Below, piece by piece: positions 19,521-28,800 of a stretch of DNA of 64,000 nt; the first letter of the stretch is position 1; the number at the start of each line of letters is the position of its first letter. This DNA is from Candidatus Binatia bacterium. GTDB taxonomy: Bacteria; Desulfobacterota; Binatia; UBA9968; CAXXLF01. A model generated the notes under the pieces. The model did not search any database, was not told where the DNA came from, and was given only the letters and a program-made list of their open reading frames with translations. The stretch spans positions 1,312,001 to 1,376,000 of the forward strand of contig CAXXLF010000002.1 of assembly GCA_963664015.2 (NCBI GenBank), given 5' to 3'. A program made the translations under genes and the position numbers.

Positions 19521-20183
19521 TTGCTCGACCCTCATAGCCTCAATATTAGCGGAATACGGTGGGGCCAAGAGCTGTTGTGGCTTACCTTTCTGGACGAGCC
19601 CATCGTCGCCACTTACGATCCCGATCAAGAGCAATGCGAGATCAAGCTTTGGTTCACCCATCCCGTCACTGCCGTGTGTCCCACACCGGAAGGACTCTGG
19701 CTTATCGCCGGGGGAGGCAAACTGGGCCGGCGGGTGGTTCTCTGGTCCTTGGAACAAAACTCTAGTATCCGGGAATTTGACTGCCCCGATGGAGCCGCCA
19801 CTGGAATGGCCCTGGACGGACGTAATCTGTGGCTTACCCACCGGCGCAACCGAAAACTGTTCTGTATGGATAGCAACGATGGCCAGGTCCGCTGGCTCAT
19901 TAGGACTGAGAAAGAAAACTCCAGTCCCGATGTTTATGATGGGAACCTGTGGTTGATCGAGTGTGATCCCGGTCCCTTGGCCCACTGGAGCCCCGCAGGG
20001 CAAGCAAGGTATTCTTTTATTCGCTACGATACCGCCCGGGAGAGGGTCATGGAAAGAATACCCGTTCCTTTTACCCCAAGTTGCATGACCTTTGACGGCA
20101 AGCGCTTCTGGTATACACAGCCCGACGAAAAGGGGTTTCATTCGGTCGCCCGAGAAACCCTAACGAAAAAAACGGCTGGTTAG
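19521..20183 (+). CDS. Beta-propeller hypothetical protein (glutaminyl cyclase/YncE-like repeats); start uncertain
   Basis: Repeated GMALDGRNLW / MTFDGKRFW / VYDGNLW blade motifs. Confidence 0.6.
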   Translation: MLDPHSLNISGIRWGQELLWLTFLDEPIVATYDPDQEQCEIKLWFTHPVTAVCPTPEGLWLIAGGGKLGRRVVLWSLEQNSSIREFDCPDGAATGMALDGRNLWLTHRRNRKLFCMDSNDGQVRWLIRTEKENSSPDVYDGNLWLIECDPGPLAHWSPAGQARYSFIRYDTARERVMERIPVPFTPSCMTFDGKRFWYTQPDEKGFHSVARETLTKKTAG

Positions 20184-20235
20184 CGCGCGCCGGGGGAGAA
20201 AGAAACTCCATCCCGTGAAGGGCCCACAGGTCCCA

Positions 20236-23204
20236 TCATCCCGTTAGATCTGCTGGCGGGACAAAGCCGCGGTGTAATGTGTTCTCGCTAATGGCTCGAG
20301 GAACTGAAGGAGATAATCGGGGCCCCGGCCTTTGAACCAATGCCTGATAGTTTGAGTTCCCCGAAGGGTTGGCGCTCCACGATGGCACCTGTAATTCCCC
20401 GGTTGATATAGAGGTTGCCTACACGGAATTGTCTCCGAGCCTTTTCAATATTGGCCGGAGAGCGGGGGGAAACCCCGCCCGTCAGGGCATAGGATTAGCG
20501 GTTGCCAATGTCCAAGGCGTCATCAAAATTACGGGCCTTCATCACTGAGAGAACCGGACCGAAGATCTCCTCTTGGGCCATTCGATGATGGGGTTCGATC
20601 CCTGTGAAGATCATCGGACCGACAAAGTAACCTTCTTTGGGGCCATTCAATTCAATCACACATTTCCCTTCGCTCTTCCCCAAATCAATGTATTCCCTGA
20701 CCCTCTGGTACGCCGCTTCGTCGATCAAGGGCCCAACGAAACTCCCTGGATCATCTGCGGGGCCGATTTTGAGACCCTTGACCACCTCCACCAGACGTTC
20801 CACCACGCGATCGTGGATTTCGTCCACCAAAATCAGCCGGGAAGCCGCCGAACATTTCTGACCCTGATATCCAAAAGCGGATTCTATGGTATAGGCTACA
20901 GCCTTATCGAGATCCGCATCCTCATCAACGATGATGGCATTCTTACCCCCCATCTCACACACCACCCTTTTGACTTCCTCCTGACCGGGTTGCAGCACAG
21001 AGGCTTGGCGCAATTTTTCTAAACCCACGTCACGGGAACCGGTAAAGGCAATGAGGTTCACGACCGGATGGCGGACCAGTAAGCCCCCAACTCGCCTCCT
21101 ACCTACAGGAGCTGACAGGCCCCTGAAGGCACACCGCCCTCGCGCAGAATGGCCATGAGGTGCATCCCCAGTACGGGCGACTATTCCGCCGGTTTCAAGA
21201 TCACACAGTTACCCGTCACCAGCGCTGCTGTGGTCATGCCCGTAGGTATGGCTAAGGGGAAATTCCACGGTGCAATGACCACGGCAACCCCTCTGGGTTG
21301 ATAGAAGTGTAAATTGCTCTCGCCTGGGATACGCTGGGTGACTTGTGGCTCGCTCAGCCGAAGCATCTGGCGACCATAGTATTCAAGGTAGTCGATGGCC
21401 TCGACAACATCCGCATCCGCTTCTCGCCATCCCTTCCCCACCTCAACGGCCTCCCATGCCACGAGCTCCATACGCCTCTGACCCATGATGGAAGCCGCGC
21501 GAGAAAGGACCGCTGCGCGATCCTTGGCAGGAGTCGCCTGCCACTCCGCATAGAAGCCTCGTGCCGCTTCCAAAGCTTGATCGGCCTCCTCCCAACTCGC
21601 CACCGACACCCTGCCAACGATTTCTTTGGGCGAGGCCGGATTGACCGAAGTCATCTCCTTCCCAGTTTTCTTTTCCTGTCCGGCGATCCAAAGGGGATCG
21701 AGGTGTCCAAACTTTCCCCTCACCGTTCCAATAGCTTCTTTATATCGGAAACGAATCTCGGCGCGCGAAAAATCAAGCAGCGTATCATTTTGGAAAGGGG
21801 AAGGAGCCTCAGAGTCAGTCACTTCACTAGGTAAAGCTGGAAGTTCACCTGATGCGCCTTTCTTCGGCGATGGCGCACGGATGAGCGTCTTGATATCTCG
21901 CTCCTCGGCAAAGGCCTAGCGCAGAAACGAGGCATTGGATGTATTTTCCATGAGGCGACGAATCAAGTAAGCCATGCCTGGGATCAGCTCCCCAACAGGG
22001 GCATAGACCCGGACTCGAAAATCACTTTGGATCAAGGCCTGACGGATGGGCTCGGCCATACCGTAAAGCATCTGCATTTCGTAGCCATTATCCGGAATCC
22101 CTAGTTCTCTGCCCGTGACGATACCATGGGCAAGGCTGCGGATATTGTGCCTCCCAAAGGCAAGGTCCACGATATCCTTATGCTCGAACAGAAGGCGCGT
22201 CGATCGTTCAAAGTTGGCGTCGGTCTCATCTTTTGTCCAGGAAAACTGGAATATGCCAGCCCTTCTGTTTGGCCCAGGCAATCTCGCTATCCCAGTAGGC
22301 ACCCTTGACGAGACGAATCCCGATCCTGCGCCCCCGTCCTTTGGCCCAACGGAGGAGCTCGTTCAAATCTTTTTCGCTGTCCAAGAGATAGACCTGGAAG
22401 GCCAGAGCGATTTGAGGACGCTCCCCGAATGCCTCCTCCTCCAAGAGCTCACGAAAGATGGTAAGGGTAATATCCTTGTAGGCGTACTTTTCCATGTCTA
22501 TGGCCAGGGAGGCCCCAATCCGGATTCCTTCCCTAAGAATGGACCTGAGTCTGTTTTTCACAGCCGTCAGAGTGCCGGGATCCAGGGGATCAAAACGGGC
22601 ACAGAGGGAAGAGAGCTTAATTGACAATTTAATTTTGAGAAGATGCCCCTGCCATCCCGAATCGATCTGGGGAATGGAAGGCCATCCCCCCCACCGTGGG
22701 CGCGAGACGCCTCATGAGATCGAGATAGCGTCCCTGCCTGGCGTCGGTCTCCCGATCGCTCATCGTGGTCTCTCCAACCACATCCAAAGTGAACGCTGCT
22801 TGTTCTTGCCGCAGCGCTTGGAGAACAGAGACCACGGATTCGGTGTCCTCTTCAATGATGAACCCACGGGCAAGGGGAACCATGTTCTGGCGCACCACCG
22901 GCGCCACCAGCCATCCCGCATGCAGGGTCTGGGCAAGGAAAACCAACCCACTCAATGCATGGTCCACCCGGCCAAAATACTCACGGAGATGGCGGCCGAT
23001 ATCCGCTGCCGAGTCCAGGCTAGGAAGGACATCCACCAAGCGAAAAAGGGCAACACGGAGGTCCTCATCCTTGAGGGAGCAGTCAATCATCCTGCCGATC
23101 CAGTCCTGGGGATTAAACAGCGACGGCCTCTGCTCTGCCGCCTTTTGATAGAGAGAGCGCGCTAATTCCTGGATCTCTTTGTCCGAATTTTTTGATTTAT
23201 TCAT
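20236..23204 (-). pseudogene. putA: Bifunctional proline dehydrogenase/P5C dehydrogenase, heavily disrupted
   Basis: PRODH motifs (RLVKGAYWD, EMQMLYGM, YLIRRLMEN) and ALDH motifs (PWNFP, FTGS, EMGGKN, GQKCS, EEIFGP). Stops at 21916, 21181, ~21105 and 20495; frameshifts near 22690, 22230, ~21090 and ~20295. Confidence 0.9.
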
Positions 23205-23549
23205 TGGGCCATGTGCTCTTTCTCTATCTTAATACTTGGGACTGTCACTGTGCCAGAGATGATCACTTCCTTCACGGGTTGGATGCATAACAGATCATGG
23301 TCTTTTCCCTAGCCTCCAAGCGACTAACGGCAAGTGGAAAAGTTTAAATAAAAATAACCTCGAGCTAACGGACCTCTATCCCACACAAGGACTAACCCAT
23401 AGAACCATTCAGGATGGGGGTTGGGCGATGACTCTGGCACGGGCGTACATCGATGTTTGGTTGACCGGTTTATGGGTGTAAGCGAGGGACTGGAGGGCAA
23501 CCGCTGGAGAGCTTCGACGACTGAATTGAGCAGTCTCGACCGATAAGGT

Positions 23550-23619
23550 TACTCCACCCCGTGGAGTACTAACCTCAACCCAGATTGTAGATTTCGACCT
23601 TGACCTTACTCCACGGGGT
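23550..23619. repeat. REP-like inverted repeat at the cnoX 3' end
   Basis: ACCCCGTGGAGTA (23556-23568) and TACTCCACGGGGT (23607-23619) form a perfect 13-bp IR. Confidence 0.6.
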
Positions 23620-24470
23620 TAACTATAAAGGACCTTGGCGAGTTCGGACCGGTACCGATCCGTCAACTCGTGTTGGTGACCCAGGACTTCGAAGATCTGA
23701 AGCATAGCCTTGCGCGCACCACCCTCGTGAAAGTCCTTCTGTTGTTTCATAACGGTCAAAAATTCGGACAGCGCTTCCTCGAACCTCTCGGAAGCCGCCA
23801 AGACAGACCCCAGTTGAAAGCGCGCTTCTAGATCATTGGGGTTTGTCTCGAGTGCGGAGCGCAGAGTCGGCTCATCCTCTCCCATTCCCTCCCTGAGTTT
23901 TTGGCGTGCAATGAGTTGATCGGCCTCCTTTCGCTCTGGCATAGTGAGGGGAACTCGCTCAAGAAAACCCGTTCCCGCACCATCCCCATTAGCGATTAGA
24001 AGTCGGCCCATGGCCAATAGGGCCCCTGGGTGTAAGGGAACCGAATCCAGCACCTCCTGGCAGACGGCCTGTGCTTCATCTGGTTTTCCTTGATTTTCCA
24101 AGGCCTTAGCTTCAAGGACCCGGTAGTCCGCCTCTGAGGGAAGGACCCGTGAGAGAACCTCTCGTACCGCATCCTCCGGCAGTGCACCGGTAAATTCGTC
24201 GGCGACCTCCCCTGCCTTGAATAGCTTCACCGCCGGAATTCCCTGAATTCGGAACAAACTAGCCAGTTCCTGGTTCTCATCCACATTCACTTTGGCCAGT
24301 ATGAAGGCTCCCTTATGCTCCTCTGCCAGGCGCTCCAACACCGGTCCCAAAACCCTACAGGGACCGCACCAGGGGGCCCAGAAATCAACCACCACAGGCG
24401 CCTGGTGGGATCGCTCGAGCACCTCCGTCTGAAAATCGGTTTCACCTACCTCTATGGTCCACTGGTTCAT
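23619..24470 (-). CDS. cnoX: Thioredoxin-TPR chaperedoxin (CnoX/YbbN)
   Basis: [11 protein letters not shown] thioredoxin domain, TPR region, C-terminal [10 protein letters not shown]. Confidence 0.88.
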   Translation of the reverse strand: MNQWTIEVGETDFQTEVLERSHQAPVVVDFWAPWCGPCRVLGPVLERLAEEHKGAFILAKVNVDENQELASLFRIQGIPAVKLFKAGEVADEFTGALPEDAVREVLSRVLPSEADYRVLEAKALENQGKPDEAQAVCQEVLDSVPLHPGALLAMGRLLIANGDGAGTGFLERVPLTMPERKEADQLIARQKLREGMGEDEPTLRSALETNPNDLEARFQLGSVLAASERFEEALSEFLTVMKQQKDFHEGGARKAMLQIFEVLGHQHELTDRYRSELAKVLYS

Positions 24471-24500
24471 GATTAACTAATAACCTCAGAAAGCCTGAAA

Positions 24501-25007
24501 TTAAGCTCGTTTCCCCTTTTTTGGAAAGCTCTCGGGGTCAAAACTTGTCCCGTTCAGGGCAAAGGTCCGTCCTACCGGTGTCGGCTGGAGGATCGTCTGC
24601 ATCACGTAGCAGCCTTTCTCCGAATTCCTCACCAAAGCGGCGACCCGCTCCGGGGCCTCCTGTGAATCCAGCTCCAAATGAGTCTCGAACCCAACGCCCT
24701 CGGCCTGAACCGTCTCCGCCAGAACCGACCCTACACTTTTAAACCTTGCTTTGACAGAGACACGGGCCTTGTCGATCTTCGTCTTCATCATTTCCCCGTA
24801 CCGGGAAATTTGGGTGAGTAGTCAAAATGCCAGCGCAAGACCGAAATAGGCAAGCGGCGGTGGTGCCGTGTTCCCTCCTCCGACCCGGGGTCCCTCGTCA
24901 CAGTACACCGTAAAACCCCTCGCATGCCCCTCCTTACGCATCTTCTCCAGGGTCTCTGCATCCGCCTCTATCTGGATTTCTCGTTTGACTGTTATGTCAT
25001 CAGCCAT
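24501..25007 (-). CDS. OsmC/Ohr-family protein with selenocysteine (168 aa)
   Basis: Two tracked ORFs are in one frame, joined through TGA 24822-24824: DEGPRVGGGNTAPPPLAYFGLALAF-U-LLTQISRYG...SEKGCYV. A SECIS-like hairpin follows. Confidence 0.85.
24790..24824 (-). promoter_or_regulatory. Candidate bacterial SECIS element
   Basis: TGA, 12 nt, then ATTTCCC-GGTACG-GGGAAAT (7-bp stem; G-leading apical loop 19 nt after the UGA). Confidence 0.7.
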
Positions 25008-25196
25008 AGGCTCCCCCCCCCTTTTTGCCAGTCAGAGTAGCGCAAAGCCCCCGAACCGTCAATTGCAGGGACTCTCCACCAATGCTATAAGGTGCCTCCT
25101 ACGGCCCCGATCCATTTTGTTCTATGTGACCGCAGGTGGTCCTGGGAAGCAGAGGTCGCCGGACTAAGAAAGCTTCGGTACTGAGAAAGAGGTTCC

Positions 25197-25676
25197 ATGG
25201 CCAAACGCCACCCTGCGCTCATCCCCTTGTCCCATGACCACCACCACGCACTGGCAATGGCCCTGCGATGCCGCAAGCATGCCCTTGGTCAGATGAACCC
25301 CGGCAATCCGCAAGCCCTAAAGGGGCAAGCGGTCGAAATTAAAACCTTTTTCGACACGAATCTCCGGCTGCACTTCGAAGCAGAAGAAAAGGTCCTCTTC
25401 CCTCTGATAATCGCCGCGTCCCCGGATGCAGAGGCTCTGGTGGCGAAGCTTATCCGTGAACACGAACGACTGCGCCAGGAGGCGACGGCACTGGACAATG
25501 AGGCCCGACTGTCAAAGACGCTCTTCAACCTGGGAGACCTACTCGAATCCCACGTACGGTGTGAGGAGCGCGAACTGTTTCCCCTATTCGAACGCACCGT
25601 ATCGGCTGAACTCACAGAACAGGCCCGGCAAGGGATCGAGGAGGTTTTACGTCCGACACCCCGCGCAAATGACTAG
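25197..25676 (+). CDS. Hemerythrin-domain protein
   Basis: KRHPALIPLSHDHHH, HFEAEE..LFP, EHE and HVRCEERELFP. Confidence 0.88.
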   Translation: MAKRHPALIPLSHDHHHALAMALRCRKHALGQMNPGNPQALKGQAVEIKTFFDTNLRLHFEAEEKVLFPLIIAASPDAEALVAKLIREHERLRQEATALDNEARLSKTLFNLGDLLESHVRCEERELFPLFERTVSAELTEQARQGIEEVLRPTPRAND

Positions 25677-25774
25677 CATCCGGATGATAAGTCCTGTTTT
25701 CAGGCTGATTAAAAAATTCTGAGAGGCCGGGCGATTGAGCGCAACGAAGGATATGAGGCTTTTTCAGCAGCGTG

Positions 25775-26839
25775 CTACGAAGCCTTCATGTAGTCCTTGG
25801 TATAAAGGTCGAGAAGAGCGACCAATAGGGCTAACAAAACCGGGCCCAGGATCAGTCCAATAATTCCGAACAGCCTGAGCCCTCCCAGAATGCTGAAGAA
25901 GAGAAAAAGGACCGGCAGGCGCAGGCGGTTGCCAATCAGTATGGGCTTTAGAAAGTTATCGATAGACCCCACGATCAGTAGACCCCAGAGAAACATAGCC
26001 AACCCCTTCCAAATTGGCCCCTGGACAAAGCCCAGGTAGAGGGCCGCGGGAAACCACACCAGGAAAGAGCCACCGATGGGAAAGAGGGCCGTGAAGCCGG
26101 TCATCACGCCCAAGAGAATAGCGAAGTTTAGACCCAGGAGCCAATAGGCCATCCCCGCCAGTAACCCTTGAATCATAGCGGTGATCAAGGCCCCATGAAC
26201 AACGGCAAAGAGGGCGTTGACGATATTCTGAAAGAGGTCTTCCTTGTGCTTCTGTTCCATGGGCAGAAACGTAAGGACATGGTGAGACAGCTCCTTGCCA
26301 TCTCTGAGCAGAAAGAAAAAGCTAAAAAGGGCAATGATCAGGTTAATAGCGAACATGAATATGTTTTGCGCCACCGATGTGACCTGCGCGGCCAGGTATC
26401 CGGAAGCCGTTTGAACCCCCTGAATGACGGAACTCTTAAGATCGATGCCAAAAACGGAGAGTTCGGCGGAGATACCCTCCCAGATCTGGATCACCTTTTG
26501 GACCCATGGCCTGCCCTTCCAGACTTCCAGCTCCTCCCCACCAACAGAGGCGCGTAGCGTTCGTGCTAGCTCTACGGTCTCCTGGGAAAGAAAAAACGAG
26601 CCCCTGATGGCGGGGACAACAATCAAGAAGGTGATCAAGACCGTAACGATCAGAGCGGCCAGCGTCTCCCTCCCCTTCAGAAATTTCAGCAGCCACGCGT
26701 AGGCCGGATAGACGACGATGGCGAGGATGGCGGCCCAGGCCACGGCCGTGAGGAATGGGCTGAAGATAAGAAAGTCCAGGTAGAGGATGATCAGCAAGAG
26801 CAAAAAGAAAAAGACGGTGACAAGCCAGTTTTGATTCAC
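25775..26839 (-). CDS. AI-2E family transporter
   Basis: PFLTAVAWA, FFFLLRDG, IDNFLKP and GG..LFG..GLILGP motifs. Confidence 0.9.
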   Translation of the reverse strand: MNQNWLVTVFFFLLLLIILYLDFLIFSPFLTAVAWAAILAIVVYPAYAWLLKFLKGRETLAALIVTVLITFLIVVPAIRGSFFLSQETVELARTLRASVGGEELEVWKGRPWVQKVIQIWEGISAELSVFGIDLKSSVIQGVQTASGYLAAQVTSVAQNIFMFAINLIIALFSFFFLLRDGKELSHHVLTFLPMEQKHKEDLFQNIVNALFAVVHGALITAMIQGLLAGMAYWLLGLNFAILLGVMTGFTALFPIGGSFLVWFPAALYLGFVQGPIWKGLAMFLWGLLIVGSIDNFLKPILIGNRLRLPVLFLFFSILGGLRLFGIIGLILGPVLLALLVALLDLYTKDYMKAS

Positions 26840-27082
26840 GATGGAGTACTCCTAGCCCCGATGATTAAGGACATCCCGTGAGCGGCCGGTCGGTGCGGAC
26901 AACGACCAGAGCCACTTACTGCATCCCCACTTTGCGCCCCATACACTAGTCGTATTGCAATAGACTTGAGCTTCTGCCAGAAATGAAGCTTCCATTAATA
27001 ATGGTGCCCTAGTAGCCGTAAGTTAATAGGGCCGAGTAAGCCACCCATGGTCTCATGCGCAGGCCCATAGAAGGAAGACAAC

Positions 27083-27292
27083 TTGACAACGAAAACTGCG
27101 ATTATTTCCATTGACGATCTAACTTCACAAACCATTGGGACGCTGAGCGACTTGCTGAAGGCTGTTCCGGGGGTGGATAGCATCGAGTTCAATATCGAGC
27201 GCAAAGTGGCAGTAGCTGAATTCGATCCGACCCGGACCAATGTGGAGGAGTTGCTGCGGGCTGTCCTGAAGGCGGGCTTTCACGTCTCGTAA
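27083..27292 (+). CDS. HMA/CopZ-like ferredoxin-fold protein lacking CxxC
   Basis: L.AVPGV.SIEFNI....A..EFDP......L..AV.KAGF pattern; no Cys in the protein. Confidence 0.65.
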   Translation: MTTKTAIISIDDLTSQTIGTLSDLLKAVPGVDSIEFNIERKVAVAEFDPTRTNVEELLRAVLKAGFHVS

Positions 27293-27321
27293 CGTACCAC
27301 AGGAACACAAGTAAAGCGTTC

Positions 27322-28677
27322 TCAGTCTCCGGCCACGGTCATACGGGATATTTTCAAAGTCGGGGCCGCGACGCGGTATTTCATATCGAGATCACTCCCC
27401 ACCATCTCGATGTTCATAAACATTTCCTTCAGGTTCCCCGCAATGGTGACCTCCTCCACCGGATAGGTCAGCTGCCCCCCTTCGATCCATAATCCCGCAG
27501 CGCCGCGAGAGTAATCGCCCGTCACCGAATTTACCCCGAATCCAATCAGCTCGGTGACATAAAAGCCATCTTGAACCGAGGAAATGATCTGCTCCGGATC
27601 ATGGGGCCCCGGCGCGAGGTAGAAGTTGGTTGGGGCCACACCGGGAGAGCTACCCACGGACCGAGCCGCATTGCCAGTTGAAGGCAGGCCGAGTTTCCTA
27701 CCGCTATACGTATCGAGGAGATAGCTTTGAAGTACCCCCTTTTCCACAATCCCTTTCTTCTGCGTAGCCAGTCCCTCACCATCGAAGGGTTTTGACCCGA
27801 GCGCTGCTGGGATGGTCCCATCGTCGATGACCGTCACATGATCGGAGGCAATCTTGCTACCGAGCTTGCCCATTAAAAAAGATGCACCCTTATAGAGAGA
27901 GTCCCCTGAGACCGCGCCAGAGAGATTACGCATAAGAGATGCTGCGGTCTCGGGATCAAAGATTACGGGCACCTCTTGAGTTCGCACCTTGCGGGCCCCC
28001 AGACGGCGCAAGACCCTTTGGGCGGCCTTCTGTCCCACTTGTGAGGGCGATTCCAGCCGGGAGAACTTGCGTTGGGTCGACGACCAGAAGTCGCGCTCCA
28101 TGGCCCCATTGTGACTCGCCACCGGCACGACCGAAAGACTGAAAACCGAACCTTCATACTCCCCGGAAAAACCCGCGCTGTTGCTATAAATGACACGGTT
28201 AAACTGACTCGAACATTCACCACCCTCCGAATTTGTAATGCGCGGGTCGACCCCAAGGGCTTTTTTTTCTGCTGCGCGGGCAAGGTCGATTTTTCCCTCC
28301 ACTGAAACCGAGCGAGCCTGACGATCGATCAGATCGAGGTCTTTCAATTGTCCGGCCAGTTCCTCAGGAAGAGGAAGACCGCTGTCCTTATCCTGGACAG
28401 TGGAGCGGGCCAATGTGCAAGTATCCTGGATCAGGTGTTCGATAGAATCCATGGAGATGTCCGACGTCGAGCCCGTGGCCGAACTCTGCCCGAAGAAGAG
28501 TCTAAGACCGAGCCCTTTCTGCTGGGCCTGGCTGATCTTCTCCACTTCACTCAGGCGAACAGTCACAAAGAAGGATTCGTTTTCCACCATGACCACATCG
28601 CCGTGGGTGGCCCCACTCCGTTTGGCCCGGGCCAATATATCCTGCGCCAGCTCCTGGCTTAGTTCCAGACGTTCCAT
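27322..28677 (-). CDS. pmbA: TldE/PmbA protease subunit
   Basis: SKPFDGEG, SYLLDTYSGRKLG..STGNA, TGDYSRGA.G and TIAGNL motifs. Start set at MERL (28677). Confidence 0.93.
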   Translation of the reverse strand: MERLELSQELAQDILARAKRSGATHGDVVMVENESFFVTVRLSEVEKISQAQQKGLGLRLFFGQSSATGSTSDISMDSIEHLIQDTCTLARSTVQDKDSGLPLPEELAGQLKDLDLIDRQARSVSVEGKIDLARAAEKKALGVDPRITNSEGGECSSQFNRVIYSNSAGFSGEYEGSVFSLSVVPVASHNGAMERDFWSSTQRKFSRLESPSQVGQKAAQRVLRRLGARKVRTQEVPVIFDPETAASLMRNLSGAVSGDSLYKGASFLMGKLGSKIASDHVTVIDDGTIPAALGSKPFDGEGLATQKKGIVEKGVLQSYLLDTYSGRKLGLPSTGNAARSVGSSPGVAPTNFYLAPGPHDPEQIISSVQDGFYVTELIGFGVNSVTGDYSRGAAGLWIEGGQLTYPVEEVTIAGNLKEMFMNIEMVGSDLDMKYRVAAPTLKISRMTVAGD

Positions 28678-28693
28678 TATCCCTTCCTTCGAA

Positions 28694-28800
28694 GTCAATC
28701 GTAATTCGTCAATGGTCAATCGTTTTCTGCTTTCCCCTATTCCAATGTACTCACCCTTTGCGTGAAGTAACCGATTGACAAATAACCATTGACTATTAAC
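28694..28800. repeat. Heptamer-repeat inverted arms between tldD and pmbA
   Basis: GTCAATCG/GTCAATGG repeats face CGATTGAC/CCATTGAC repeats. Confidence 0.55.

Noticed and set aside
13729-23204. Stop-codon reassignment or readthrough (TAG/TAA) explaining the many in-frame stops
   Set aside because: Core genes end normally with TAA, TAG and TGA. The implied residues differ between sites, and most affected genes also have frameshifts.
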